Shown: positions 36,501-46,183 of the stretch, piece after piece
Position numbering within the stretch: the first letter of the stretch is position 1
How the letters are laid out: the number at the start of each line of letters is the position of its first letter
Source of the DNA: Clostridia bacterium
GTDB lineage: Bacteria > Bacillota > Clostridia > Oscillospirales > CAG-272
Assembly: GCA_017451735.1 (NCBI GenBank)
Contig: JAFTNU010000005.1
Span: 2,611-66,610, forward strand
DNA length: 64,000 bases
Reading direction: 5' to 3'
Notes under the pieces: model-generated
What the model saw: the letters and a program-made list of their open reading frames with translations, nothing else
What the model was told of the DNA's origin: nothing
Databases searched by the model: none
Program-made: the position numbers and the translations under genes

Positions 36501-37186
36501 AAAAGAGACACCCCGTTTTGCGCCATTTCACGTACCGTATCCATCCAGATCCCACCGAAAGCGGTATCGAGGGGGGCGTCTGCACCCTCCTCGATCTCAC
36601 GGGCGGAGCGCAACAGAATATCAATGGATTCGGGGTATTTGTTCAGCCGTTCTGCAATGATGATCAGCGTTTCGGCCAAGGAGTCCTCGTTGCGGATATC
36701 GCAGAAAATGTCGGAGATCAGTGAGAAATCCGGATGCTCCGCATACATGGCATCGACGGCATCGTTCATGGCCTCGCGGCGCAAGGGGATCAGCTCGGTA
36801 TCGTCGGCCATGCGGAAGGAGGGCGGAAAGCCCGCCGCTTGAAAATGGGCCCGTACCAGATCAAGATAGAAGGAGTCGATGGTGGAGATGTGGGCTCCCC
36901 CCAACAGCATGAGCTGTCGGGTCAGATGTCCGTTACCGGGGTCAAGGGCGAGAGCGGAGGAAAGGGCGCTTGAGATGCGGTGACGCAGCTCGCCTGCGGC
37001 GGCGCGGGTAAAGGTCACCACCAGAATGCGGGAGATGTCGGCGGGGTGCTCGGGGTCGGTCAGAGACCGTATGATGCGCTCGGTCAGTACGGCGGTTTTG
37101 CCGGACCCTGCGGCGGCGGATACCAGCAGAGTGCGATTTTGTTCGTTCATTGCGGCAGATTGAGCCGCGGTCCAGTTGCGTGCCAT
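33524..37186 (-). CDS. addA: Helicase-exonuclease AddAB, subunit A
   Basis: UvrD-type motifs AAAGSGKTAVLTERI, YIDEYQDVD and VMTRARERLYV, plus a C-terminal RecB-type nuclease (VIDLFY, CDYKTD). Confidence 0.95.
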   Translation of the reverse strand: MARNWTAAQSAAMNEQNRTLLVSAAAGSGKTAVLTERIIRSLTDPEHPADISRILVVTFTRAAAGELRHRISSALSSALALDPGNGHLTRQLMLLGGAHISTIDSFYLDLVRAHFQAAGFPPSFRMADDTELIPLRREAMNDAVDAMYAEHPDFSLISDIFCDIRNEDSLAETLIIIAERLNKYPESIDILLRSAREIEEGADAPLDTAFGGIWMDTVREMAQNGVSLFTAALDALSAEGEQEKLSKKFSPLYTEIAERCRNLLTAVDKKEYDTVCGLLASPFSVGLSGGRVPPMSEEFSDLRALCDAFREKWKKTAPVLGVISATEIKETAAESASVLRLLHAVLTRYTEAYHEAKSTREIAEFSDVSRAAYRLLVEKSGAPTPLARELSAAYDAIYIDEYQDVDAMQDATFRAIATERNRFMVGDIKQSIYRFRGAQPAVFADYRKRFPLLEHAAQDAPEATVFMSDCFRCDENVIRFSNAVSGFLFSRSAKSIDYTHDDDLVFSKVPPSPAYRSEKCQVLLLDKKPLKEREEGEEVESSVLEAKMVAAEIARLIKEEKKADGTPITAADIAVLMRSTSLSAPLAKALAAYGIPTNDTSRRSFFENPEVLCMYSLLATIDNPFRDIYLAATLRSPFFGFTLENLVTIRSAGDGSLSLYESLCRAATTDVGNAELSKKITDFLTRLTTYRDKAQSLSVDKLLRYLYRDTAVLAFSGYEKDENGTAVRRGNLNRLYEYARTFEAGGFKGLYQFIRYVDNIMQNGTKMPAPEGDPNAVALITIHHSKGLEYPVCFLVGTASRFNEDDRKPALLSDERLGCATRLCNAGPFSRTNTFFRQAISLEIRRQNREEEMRVLYVAMTRARERLYVTGTPLYGAEKALDKALLAGHPKAGFLATDGHCYMDWILAALQRPDAEEFAEIRVVPEADLLTAEKAEIPRNGIGKENKATATASAAAELTDVFAERFSYVYPFAHLTRLPAKLSVSRLSPVALDVYDSDNALSALPPTEEEAELLLHTFDRTPLFGGGKVPTAAEKGTATHELLQFCDFESAVKNGVEAELERLIGARYLSPATRGAVRMDELKRFFQSDFFASLARAQDICRETRFNIFLPAADFTEDAAFKAQLKDERLLVQGVIDLFYTDESGKLILCDYKTDRLTPAELRDPSAAARMLSARHGKQLSYYAMALARICGKTPEKILIYSLPLGEAVEAILPDFFPKG

Positions 37187-37198
37187 GGTATCCTCCTT

Positions 37199-40100
37199 TC
37201 AGTCTTTTTCGGCCGCACGGCAAACTGCGGCAAAGGCGCAGAACTCGCACGGGGAGCGCCCGCCGTGAGAACGGGGAGAGGCCTGAGCCTCGCCCTTTCT
37301 CATATTACCTGCAATGTCTGTAATGGTATGCTCCAGGGTATTGAAAAGCTCGTCGAATTCCTCTGTGGTCAGCGCTCGCTTCTTCTTACTGCGTCCGCCA
37401 CCCAGAATGGCTTTGTCGCCGGAAAGAGACATGGCGTGCTGTACCTCAGGGTCGGCCAGAACCAATCCTTCGCGGGAAAGTCTTTCCACCGCATCCTTCA
37501 TGGCCTTGTCTGCGGGGCGGCGGGATTCGGTGTTCTCGGTGCCGATGGCAGAGGAGAGGTAGCTGACGCCCGCCGGGTGAAAAACAGTGTCCTCAGGCAA
37601 CCCCAGGCGTCTGCAAAGGGCGGTGTGCTGCCCGCGGCAAAGAGCCAGGAGATAAAGGGGCATCTGCAAGCAAAAGCCCTTGGCAATATCATCCGCATCA
37701 AAGGAGCGTGTACCCGTCTTGTAATCGGCCACTCGCAGATAGGCGTTTCCGGCCTCATCCCGCCAATAGTCCACGCGGTCGGCCTTGCCCGAAAGAGGGA
37801 TTTCGGTACCGTCGCCCACGGTGATGGAGGGGCGCTCGCCGACGGCGGCCAGATCCAGCTCCAGAAACGCGGGTTGAAACAGACTGTCCGCAAACTCGGC
37901 AAACAAGCCCGAAACAATGAGTCCCGCCAACTGCTCCAAGCGCGCCAGAAGTGCCCGGGAGCGGGGGGAGAGCTCACCGCCGGAGCCGATGAGCTCCAAG
38001 CGGTAATTTTCGCAGATTTCCGATACCATTTCGGCCTGTTTCTGCTTGTCATAGGCTGAAAAGGGGAGCTTATCCCGTTGCACGGCCAGCATGATGTGCT
38101 CCAGCACGTGGTGGATGAAATTACCTACCTCCGCCGAGCTCATGGAGCCGTTTGGCTCCTCCCGCAAGCGCAAGACCTTGCTGCAATAGTAAGCGAAACG
38201 GCACGAGGACAATTTCTCCAGATGTGTGGGATTAAACCGTCCTGCGGAAAAGAGCTTTTGTGCGGTTTTGGCTGATACGTATGCGTCTTTTTCCACCACC
38301 GGACGGCGCAAGCTCTGTGCGGCGGTGACGCCGCGCTTTTCCAGAAGCGAGAGTACGGCCCGGGCCGCTTCGGCAGGGAGCTCGGGCAGGGCCTCCATGG
38401 CGCCTTCGGGGGTAAAAATGCGGTCAACGGGGTTTTGAGCGGCGTACAGTTGCTCTTTCAGTGCGGGAAACAGTCGATGCACCCGCTCCACGGCAATGGA
38501 GGGGGTGATAGCCCGTCCGTCGGTGGAGGTGGCAGAATAAAAGAGGCGCAGTCCCTCCCGCGGTGCGGTAAAGGCGCGGTAAAGATAGAACAATTCGCTC
38601 GATGCCAGCTCTGTATTGTCAGAGGAAAATTCAATTCCCAGCTCTGCCAGCTTTTTCTTTTCGGCATCTCCGAGAAGGCCGTCATCGGTAACGGTGCGGG
38701 GGAATTGACCTTCGTTCAGACCCAGTACCAGGACGTATCCGGGGTGGTCTGCCCGAAGCATGGAGGCCGAGCCGACCGTTACCTCATCGGCGGAGGTCGG
38801 GATGGTCCCGATGTCGGTGCGGGTAAAGACCAGCTTGAGGGCGTCGGCAAAGGCCGATACCGTCAGCCTTCGGTCTCCTATGGCATCGGAAATTGCCTCC
38901 AATGCATCTACGGTCACTTGATAGAGGCGGGAGAGCTCCTCGGCCTCTCGCCGTTCACCCGCAAGTAGGCGTTCCTTTGCCTGCTCCCGCAGCTGCTCGC
39001 GGATACTCAGTGCCTCAAGAAAGTCATATAACGCACGGCATTGAGCCGTGGCACTTTCGGCGGCATCCAAGGCGGCAAACAGGTCGACCAGTGGCTTTAC
39101 CATGCCTTCCCGCACACGGTTGGCTCCCGCCAGAATGCGCTCAGCACGCTCTGAGAGCTTGGAGGTATATCCGTCCGGATTCTTCGTAAAGCTCGCCCCG
39201 TTATAGGCCTTTTCGCCCCGCGGATGCCAGACATTCGCATATTCCTCAAATAGATTGATGTCATCGGCGGGGACGCCGCAAAGTCCTGTTTTCAGATAGC
39301 CCACCACATCCTCCTCCCGCCAGTTGCCAAGGCGGATGCGCAGAGCCTCGATGATCAGCTTGATCAAGGGACGCAAGGTGATATCGGTCTTTTCCGAGAG
39401 AAAGCAGGGGATATTTTCTTTTTCAAAGGCGGCATCCAGAATGCCGCTCCATGCGGTCGCATCCCGTACCACCACGGTGATATCCCGATAGCGACAGCCG
39501 CTGCGAACCAGTCGGTGCACCTCGGCGGCGGCGGCACTGGCCTCCTCGAAGGGGGAGGCACACCGGCAAAGCGAGATGTCACCCGATTCCGCCATGGAAA
39601 GAGGAGCCGACTCTGCGGTCATATCAAAGAGGTGCTCGGAAAGATATTCAAGAGCCCGCTGCGGCTTTTTTGCTTCGCTCTCTTCCAAAAGAATGCGTAA
39701 CGAAAGCTCTCCGGCCATGCGCGCAATCTTTTTGTGAGAGGCGCAAACGGCGGCCAGGTGCAGACCTGCATCACGGGGCCCCGATAAGGGAAAGGTCACG
39801 GTCACCGAGGGGGCCGCGACAAAAAGAGCCCGCAGAACAGCCAGCTCCTGCACAGTGAAGTCGGTGAAGGAATCGATGTAAACGTGAGTGTTGGCAAACA
39901 GGGCCTTTCCTTCGCCCGCAAGCAGGGAAGCCAGTCGGGTCAGATCGTCTGCCGCATTGTCGTAGCGGGCGCCGAGATTGACGTCAAAAGTCGATAACGT
40001 CAGCCCGATATCATGCAATTTATCTCGCAATGGCTCTCCTTCGGGTAAAGCCTCGGCGGCACGGAGCAGCTCGTCTGGAGAGATACAGCAGGCCTTGCAT

Positions 40101-40477
40101 TGGGCCTCGGTTTTCAGCATCAGCTCACAAAGGGCACTGTCCTTTGCGGCTCCCGAGCCGTACTGCTTGAAAAGGGGCATCAGCTCCCCCAGGGTCTGCC
40201 ACATGATCAATGCCGATACGGCCGGGGTGGCGGTGTGATAGGAAAGACCGCCCAGCGTACGGAAGGTGCGATTGGCCAGGCGGGAGAAGTTCAGCACTTC
40301 AAAAGAAAGCTGGGCGGAGGAGGGGAGAAGCTCCAGCATGCGTCGCTCCATGCTTACCGTTTCCTGCTCGGGCACCAAGAGGATCGCTTTGGCGCCTGCC
40401 GCAAGATCGGCAAGGATGCTTTCCGTAAGGCGTGCACGGGTAGCATCACTGCCCGCACGGTACAGGAATCGGATCAT
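37199..40477 (-). CDS. addB: Helicase-exonuclease AddAB, subunit B
   Basis: N-terminal LLVPEQETVSMER, a nuclease domain, and C-terminal Fe-S cysteines (CRFAYYC ... CEFCAFAAVC). The ATG at 40477 follows AAAGGAGAG. The listed ORF extends upstream artefactually. Confidence 0.9.
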   Translation of the reverse strand: MIRFLYRAGSDATRARLTESILADLAAGAKAILLVPEQETVSMERRMLELLPSSAQLSFEVLNFSRLANRTFRTLGGLSYHTATPAVSALIMWQTLGELMPLFKQYGSGAAKDSALCELMLKTEAQCKACCISPDELLRAAEALPEGEPLRDKLHDIGLTLSTFDVNLGARYDNAADDLTRLASLLAGEGKALFANTHVYIDSFTDFTVQELAVLRALFVAAPSVTVTFPLSGPRDAGLHLAAVCASHKKIARMAGELSLRILLEESEAKKPQRALEYLSEHLFDMTAESAPLSMAESGDISLCRCASPFEEASAAAAEVHRLVRSGCRYRDITVVVRDATAWSGILDAAFEKENIPCFLSEKTDITLRPLIKLIIEALRIRLGNWREEDVVGYLKTGLCGVPADDINLFEEYANVWHPRGEKAYNGASFTKNPDGYTSKLSERAERILAGANRVREGMVKPLVDLFAALDAAESATAQCRALYDFLEALSIREQLREQAKERLLAGERREAEELSRLYQVTVDALEAISDAIGDRRLTVSAFADALKLVFTRTDIGTIPTSADEVTVGSASMLRADHPGYVLVLGLNEGQFPRTVTDDGLLGDAEKKKLAELGIEFSSDNTELASSELFYLYRAFTAPREGLRLFYSATSTDGRAITPSIAVERVHRLFPALKEQLYAAQNPVDRIFTPEGAMEALPELPAEAARAVLSLLEKRGVTAAQSLRRPVVEKDAYVSAKTAQKLFSAGRFNPTHLEKLSSCRFAYYCSKVLRLREEPNGSMSSAEVGNFIHHVLEHIMLAVQRDKLPFSAYDKQKQAEMVSEICENYRLELIGSGGELSPRSRALLARLEQLAGLIVSGLFAEFADSLFQPAFLELDLAAVGERPSITVGDGTEIPLSGKADRVDYWRDEAGNAYLRVADYKTGTRSFDADDIAKGFCLQMPLYLLALCRGQHTALCRRLGLPEDTVFHPAGVSYLSSAIGTENTESRRPADKAMKDAVERLSREGLVLADPEVQHAMSLSGDKAILGGGRSKKKRALTTEEFDELFNTLEHTITDIAGNMRKGEAQASPRSHGGRSPCEFCAFAAVCRAAEKD

Positions 40478-41298
40478 GTAGGCTCTCCTTTCTCTAAAAG
40501 CTCCAGATTGCGCAGGATCACCGCCCGCCCCCGCCAGCTGTAGGCTCGCTCGGCAAAGGCCTCGTCGCTCATGGCACGTAGTGCTTCGGCGGTCAGATGG
40601 GAAACAGCCTGCTCCTTGAAAAAGGGGATGGTGGTATAAATCGTTCCGCTTTTCTTGGCCTGCAGAGTGACAGGGCATGCCTCCTGACAACGATCGCACC
40701 CCCAGGCACAACCGTGAGCAAGCACCGCTTGCCGTTCTGCCTCATTCAGATCACCCTTTTTCTGCGTGAGCGCCGAGAGACACTCCGCCACGGTGAGATC
40801 AACAGGGCAGGCGGCGCGGCAGGCGCCACACCCCTTGCAGACTTTGATCTCGCCTGCGGGAGCATTCAGCACGGCATCGGTCACGATCTCGCCGAGAAAA
40901 ACATAAGAGGAATAGGCCTCGGTCAAAAACAAATGATTGCATCCGAAAAAGCCAAGCCCCGCACGCACGGCGGCCTCGCCCTCGGCCATGGGAGAATGAT
41001 CGGTGAATCCCGCAAACTTATTTTGAGGGAAATGCTCACGGAGAATGGGCAGGATCTCATCAAACAATGCCGCAAAAAAGCGGTGATAATCGCGGGAAAC
41101 GGCATAGGCGGAAATATTTCTTGCAGGATCGTCGCATTCTGTGGTATAATAAGGTACGGCAAACAAGAATGCCGTGCCGTCGCCGATTCCGCTCCGCTCC
41201 AGCAGATAGGGGCGCAGAATCCTGCATTCCTTCAGTGCTATGGGGGCCGAAAGGGCAATGCCGCGCTCGCGCAGCAGTTGAGAAACAGTATGTTGCAT
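40474..41298 (-). CDS. QueG-like epoxyqueuosine-reductase-family 4Fe-4S protein (short form)
   Basis: Has ISAYAVSRDYH, GFFGCNHLFLT, and two ferredoxin-type Cys motifs (CKGCGACRAACP and CAWGCDRCQEACP). Its stop overlaps the addB ATG (ATGA). Confidence 0.65.
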   Translation of the reverse strand: MQHTVSQLLRERGIALSAPIALKECRILRPYLLERSGIGDGTAFLFAVPYYTTECDDPARNISAYAVSRDYHRFFAALFDEILPILREHFPQNKFAGFTDHSPMAEGEAAVRAGLGFFGCNHLFLTEAYSSYVFLGEIVTDAVLNAPAGEIKVCKGCGACRAACPVDLTVAECLSALTQKKGDLNEAERQAVLAHGCAWGCDRCQEACPVTLQAKKSGTIYTTIPFFKEQAVSHLTAEALRAMSDEAFAERAYSWRGRAVILRNLELLEKGEPT

Positions 41299-41479
41299 GT
41301 CGGATCCTGCCTTTCTTCGATGGTTTATTCCTGCGTTTATTATACCATATCGAATCTGCTATTTCAATCGCATCACTGCGCATTTTTATGCAAATTCAGC
41401 CCGTTTTTTCGGCATAATCATAAAACTGTCACAAATCAAAGCTAAAATAAGGTCAGTAAAACGGAAGGAGTGTGTGAGT

Positions 41480-42934
41480 ATGAACCGCCCTGAAGATTTT
41501 GATCAAAACCAAAACAAGAGCACCGAACCCACCGAAAACAGCCAAAGCACCGAAAACCGCTCCAACGACGAGCCCCGTAACGATTTCTGTTACGGACAGC
41601 AGGAGCCCCGCTGGTACGGGATTTCCTATCAGAATGGAGAAAGCGGCTCCTATGCGCCGCCCCCCATGCACTTTGACAGTGAGCCGTCTCCCCCTCCGCG
41701 CAAGGGGAAAAGAATTGCACTTGTCGCCTTTTGCGTTGCACTTTGCGTTGCCTTTTCGGCTCTGGCGGGGTTTGCCGGTTCTTTGCTGGCCGACCGCGTG
41801 ATCGAGAATGCGGACAGCGGCTACACCCCCGGTAATACCACCACCGGCGCAGGCGTGAATCTGGGTGGGGATGTTTATTCCTACGAAGAAGGAAACGGAG
41901 GCTTCGATTATACAACGGTCACCTTGCAAAAAAATGACGGCTCAGGCCTGGCCAATGCCAAGACCTCGGCAGGGGACAACGCCATGGATGCCGTAGATGC
42001 CACCGCCGCCGTGAAAGATGCCGTAGTTGAGATCATGACCACGGCGACCTCCAATTACGGCACCATTTCGGCGGGCGCAGGCAGTGGAGTCATCATCCAC
42101 AGCTCCGGCGTGATCGTGACCAATAACCATGTGATCGACGGTGCCACGTCCATCTATGTGCGCTTGACCAACGGTAACACCTATGAGGCCGTTGTGCGGG
42201 GAACCGACGAGGACGGCGATATTGCCATCATCAAGATCACCCCCAAGGAAACCTTGACTGTTGCCAAGCTGGGATACAGCGGTGCACTGGCCCTTTCCGA
42301 GGAGGTTATTGCCATCGGCAATCCCTTGGGAGAATTGGGCGGCACGGTGACCCACGGCCGTATCAGTGCCCTGGAGCGCGAGATCCAGGTGGACGGCGTG
42401 ACCATGACCCTGATCCAGACCGATGCCCCCATCAACTCGGGCAACTCGGGCGGCGGTCTGTTCAACCTGGCAGGTGAGCTGATCGGCATTGTCAATGCCA
42501 AGTATTCCGCCACCGGTGTCGAGGGTCTTGGCTTTGCCATTCCCATCGATTCGGCGGTGATCTCCATCCATCATTTGCTGGAGCTCGGTTATATTCCCGG
42601 TATTCCCGCCTTGGGTGCGGAGCTGATCGAAAAGGTCGTGACCTTCTCCGATTTCTCCCGTATGATCCTGCCTTGCGTTACCGGTGTGTCCGGTGAATCC
42701 ACTCTTCAGGCCGGCGACTTCATCTACAGTGTGGGTGAGGGGAGTAACGCCGTTGTGGTGGCCGTTGGCGTGGGCAGCTCCGAGTCGGCAACCAGCCAGT
42801 TGAAAAATGTCATCCGCTCCTATAAGGTTGGTGACACGGTGACCTTAAATATCTACCGTAACGGAACAGCCACTTCCATTCAGGTCACATTGGTGGAATA
42901 TATTCCCGATAGTGTCAGTGTGAACTTCCAATAA
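41480..42934 (+). CDS. HtrA/DegP-family S1C serine protease with an N-terminal disordered tail, a TM helix and a C-terminal PDZ-like domain
   Basis: Catalytic triad contexts VTNNHVI, DGDIAIIK and GNSGGGLFN. RBS GGAAGGAG precedes the ATG at 41480. Confidence 0.85.
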   Translation: MNRPEDFDQNQNKSTEPTENSQSTENRSNDEPRNDFCYGQQEPRWYGISYQNGESGSYAPPPMHFDSEPSPPPRKGKRIALVAFCVALCVAFSALAGFAGSLLADRVIENADSGYTPGNTTTGAGVNLGGDVYSYEEGNGGFDYTTVTLQKNDGSGLANAKTSAGDNAMDAVDATAAVKDAVVEIMTTATSNYGTISAGAGSGVIIHSSGVIVTNNHVIDGATSIYVRLTNGNTYEAVVRGTDEDGDIAIIKITPKETLTVAKLGYSGALALSEEVIAIGNPLGELGGTVTHGRISALEREIQVDGVTMTLIQTDAPINSGNSGGGLFNLAGELIGIVNAKYSATGVEGLGFAIPIDSAVISIHHLLELGYIPGIPALGAELIEKVVTFSDFSRMILPCVTGVSGESTLQAGDFIYSVGEGSNAVVVAVGVGSSESATSQLKNVIRSYKVGDTVTLNIYRNGTATSIQVTLVEYIPDSVSVNFQ

Positions 42935-42949
42935 CGGAAAGGATTTCTT

Positions 42950-43642
42950 ATGTATCACATTTTGATAGTTGACGACGAAGCCCGCATTCGTTCCATCGTG
43001 CGCAAGTATGCCGAGTTTGAAGGGCATACCGTGACCGAGGCGGGGGACGGCATGGAGGCAGTTAGCCTTTGCCGCCGTGAGACCTTTGATATCATCATCC
43101 TGGATATCATGATGCCCGAGCTGGACGGCTTTTCCGCTTGCCGTGAGATCCGCAAGATCTCCAATACACCCATTATCATGCTTTCGGCCAGAGGCGAGGA
43201 GTATGATAAGATCAACGGATTCGAGCTGGGCATTGATGATTATGTGGTCAAGCCTTTTTCGCCCCGTGAGCTGATGCTGCGGGTAGAGGCGGTGATGAAA
43301 CGGGTGAAGCGCACCGCCGAGGAGCCCGGCGAGAAGAATCAGATCATTGAGCTGGATAACGGCGGCTTGCGCGTGGATCTGACCGCCCGTATCGTCTACG
43401 TGGATGGTGAACGGGTAGAGATGTCTCCCAAGGAGTACGATCTTTTCTTCTACCTGCTGCGTAATCGCAATGTGGCATTGACCCGTGAGCGATTGATCAG
43501 CGAGGTCTGGGGTTATGATTTTTACGGCGATGCCCGTACTCTGGATACCCATATCAAGCTTTTGCGCAAGACTCTCGGCAAATACAGTGACTACATCGTA
43601 ACACTGCGGGGCGTGGGCTACCGCTTTGAGGAGCAAAAATGA
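42950..43642 (+). CDS. OmpR-family response regulator
   Basis: ILIVDDE, ILDIMMPELDG, VVKPF and winged-helix LTRERLISEVWG...TLDTHIKLLRKTL. Confidence 0.9.
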   Translation: MYHILIVDDEARIRSIVRKYAEFEGHTVTEAGDGMEAVSLCRRETFDIIILDIMMPELDGFSACREIRKISNTPIIMLSARGEEYDKINGFELGIDDYVVKPFSPRELMLRVEAVMKRVKRTAEEPGEKNQIIELDNGGLRVDLTARIVYVDGERVEMSPKEYDLFFYLLRNRNVALTRERLISEVWGYDFYGDARTLDTHIKLLRKTLGKYSDYIVTLRGVGYRFEEQK

Positions 43643-45144
43643 ATAAAAAAGAGCATCGCGCTCACATGGGCATCCGCCCGCGGCTGTTCCTGGCACTGGC
43701 GGCATTGACCATCCTTTTTATCCTGCTTCTTTGGATCTTTCAGATCCGATTGCTCAGCTATTTTTACGAACGTGAAAAATTTTCGGAGATGGAGGAGCTT
43801 GCCTCTGAGCTTTCCGAAGAGATCGGCACCGCGGATTTTGAAGCAAAGGTCAAGCTTCATGCTCAGGATGACGGTGTTTGCATTCGTATTTTCCGTATTG
43901 AGGAAAGCTCCGAGCAATCGGGCGAAAAGGTGGCTGTGAAGGTGGCGGACGGAGAGGCAACAAGCGATTGCATCATCCACCATCTGCCCCCCGAGCAATT
44001 GTCCAAAATTTACGATCTGACCAAAGAAAACGGCGGTACCTATGACCGCCGTATGGAGCTGCAGACCGATTTTTCCGATAGTGAAGAGTTCCGCGTACCG
44101 GGCTTTCACCGCCGCGGCAGCTCCACCAACGCCGTTCATGCAAGGCTCTTGGAGACAGAGGGCAGAGAGTATCTTTTGATGCTCGATGTTCAGCTGACCC
44201 CCGTGGATGCTATCGTGAATACCTTGGAGATCCAGTTTTTGTGGATCGCGGCGGCACTGCTGTTGGCAACCTTTATCGCGGCCTTCCTCGGATCCCGCAT
44301 GATCGCCAACCCCTTGATCCGCATTACCGAAAAGGCGCGTGGGCTGGCCAAGGGAAATTATGAGCCCGATTTTTCGGGGCAGGGCTACCGCGAGGTGCAG
44401 GAATTGGCCGACGCATTGAACTATGCCGCCACCGAGATCGGCGCAACCGACCGACTGCAAAAGGAGCTGATCGCCAACATTTCCCATGATTTGCGCACCC
44501 CGCTGACCATGATCAAGGGCTACAGCGAGATGATGCGGGATATCCCCGGTGAGAATTCTCCCGAGAATGTGCAGGCGATCATTGATGAGACCACACGGCT
44601 TTCCGAGCTGGTCAACGATCTCATGGATCTTTCCAAGCTGCAATCGGGGACACAAAAAATGAATCCCACCGTATTCGATCTGACGGCGACCGTACAGGAT
44701 ACCATGCAGCGCTACGATACGCTGATCCGTCACCAAGGCTATCGCATCGAATTTCATCCCGCAGGCGAAGCGCTTGTGAAGGCTGACCGCACCATGATCC
44801 TGCAGGTGGTCTACAATCTCATCAACAATGCGGTGAACTATACGGGCGAATCCAAGCGGGTGGTGGTGACCGAAACCGTGAAGGACGGCCGCGTGCGGTT
44901 ATCCATCGCCGACGACGGTGAAGGGATCCCGCCTGACAAGATCCCCGAGATCTGGGATCGCTATTATCGGGTGGATAAGGTCCACAACCGTTCGGTCATC
45001 GGCACCGGCTTGGGGCTTTCCATCGTCAAAGGCATTCTGGAATCTCACCATGCCGCCTACGGCGTGGACAGCGCCGTAGGAGTTGGCAGTGTGTTCTGGT
45101 TTGAATTGCCCCTGTGTGATCCTTCCGATAAGGCATCCGAATGA
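43639..45144 (+). CDS. Sensor histidine kinase (TM-HAMP-HisKA-HATPase)
   Basis: H-box ISHDLRTPLT, N-box LINNAVNYT and G-boxes DDGEGI / GTGLGLSIV. ATGA overlap with the response regulator. Confidence 0.9.
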   Translation: MNKKEHRAHMGIRPRLFLALAALTILFILLLWIFQIRLLSYFYEREKFSEMEELASELSEEIGTADFEAKVKLHAQDDGVCIRIFRIEESSEQSGEKVAVKVADGEATSDCIIHHLPPEQLSKIYDLTKENGGTYDRRMELQTDFSDSEEFRVPGFHRRGSSTNAVHARLLETEGREYLLMLDVQLTPVDAIVNTLEIQFLWIAAALLLATFIAAFLGSRMIANPLIRITEKARGLAKGNYEPDFSGQGYREVQELADALNYAATEIGATDRLQKELIANISHDLRTPLTMIKGYSEMMRDIPGENSPENVQAIIDETTRLSELVNDLMDLSKLQSGTQKMNPTVFDLTATVQDTMQRYDTLIRHQGYRIEFHPAGEALVKADRTMILQVVYNLINNAVNYTGESKRVVVTETVKDGRVRLSIADDGEGIPPDKIPEIWDRYYRVDKVHNRSVIGTGLGLSIVKGILESHHAAYGVDSAVGVGSVFWFELPLCDPSDKASE

Positions 45145-45146
45145 AT

Positions 45147-45179
45147 CAAAACAGGATCGCTTGCGAGCGATCCTGTTTT
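45147..45179 (+). terminator. Rho-independent terminator after the histidine kinase
   Basis: AAAACAGGATCGC / GCGATCCTGTTTT stem. Confidence 0.8.
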
Positions 45180-45189
45180 GTGCTTTCGC

Positions 45190-45218
45190 TTGTAATTTCT
45201 GCGGAAATATGGTACACT
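45190..45218 (+). promoter_or_regulatory. Promoter of the pseudouridine synthase gene
   Basis: TTGTAA (45190-45195), 17-nt spacer, TACACT (45213-45218). Confidence 0.45.
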
Positions 45219-45244
45219 AATGAAAAAGGGAAGGGGGAGATATT

Positions 45245-46183
45245 TTGCGTTTTATGATCGGGGAACAGGATCACGGCAAGCTGCTGCGCAGCTACCTGCG
45301 TGAGCAGGGTGTTTCCTCTGCACTGTCTGCGCGCCTCAAGCGCACCGAGGACGGCATGATGTTAAACGGGATTCGCGTCACCGTACGTGCGGTTCTCACT
45401 GCCGGAGATGTGCTGGATCTTGCCATCGAGGAACGGGAATCTCCCCCTCATGTGGTGCCTCGGGATATTCCCGTAGAGGCTCTGCTGGAAACTGAAGATC
45501 TTTTGGTTGTCAACAAGCCGGCCGATATGCCCACTCACCCGTCTCACGGACATTTCGAGGATACCCTTGCCAACGGGCTTGCGTACCGTTACGCCGTGAA
45601 CGGGGTGAGTTTTCGCCCCCACTTTATCAACAGGCTGGATCGTAATACCACAGGTACGGTGCTGGTAGCGCGCCACGCCCTTGCCGCCTCCTTCCTCTCG
45701 GATCGGATGGCAAGGGGAGAGATCAAAAAGACCTATCTTGCCCTGGTGCGGGGGCGGGTGGATGCGCCTTTTATCATCGAGAGCGGCATCCGTCGCCGCG
45801 CAGAGAGCATCATTTTTCGCGAGGTCTGTCCCGTGGGGGAGGGAGACTATGCCAAAACCGAGGTGGAGCCATTGGTATGGGGCGAGGATTTTTCCCTGGT
45901 TCGCCTGATCCCGTATACGGGGCGCACCCACCAATTGCGGGTGCATATGGCATCGGTGGGGCATTCTTTACTGGGGGATGACCTGTACGGTGTGGTAGCG
46001 GGAGATATGAAGCGCCATGCTCTCCATGCCGCGTCGTTGACATTTCCCGCCCCACGTACAGAAAAAATGACGACCGTGCGGGCACCGTTGCCCGCCGATA
46101 TGATGGAGCAAATGTCAAAGCTTGGAAGGGAGGCGGTGATGCTTGCCAAAAAAGAATGTGGCCAAACGGGTCAGAAATTATGA
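45245..46183 (+). CDS. RluA-family (RluD-like) pseudouridine synthase with an S4 domain
   Basis: Catalytic HFINRLDRNTTGTVLVA, plus YLALV and GRTHQLRVH. TTG start follows GGGAAGGGGGAG. Confidence 0.88.
   Translation: MRFMIGEQDHGKLLRSYLREQGVSSALSARLKRTEDGMMLNGIRVTVRAVLTAGDVLDLAIEERESPPHVVPRDIPVEALLETEDLLVVNKPADMPTHPSHGHFEDTLANGLAYRYAVNGVSFRPHFINRLDRNTTGTVLVARHALAASFLSDRMARGEIKKTYLALVRGRVDAPFIIESGIRRRAESIIFREVCPVGEGDYAKTEVEPLVWGEDFSLVRLIPYTGRTHQLRVHMASVGHSLLGDDLYGVVAGDMKRHALHAASLTFPAPRTEKMTTVRAPLPADMMEQMSKLGREAVMLAKKECGQTGQKL

Noticed and set aside
41299-41479. Riboswitch or T-box leaders upstream of htrA, ykvI-like (30874-31007), rimM (57540-57751), ptsH (62134-62318) and the aro genes.
   Set aside because: The leaders are short and AT-rich. 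I could recognise no conserved riboswitch cores, specifier/T-box sequence or antiterminator pairs by eye. A cmscan run would be needed to exclude them fully.
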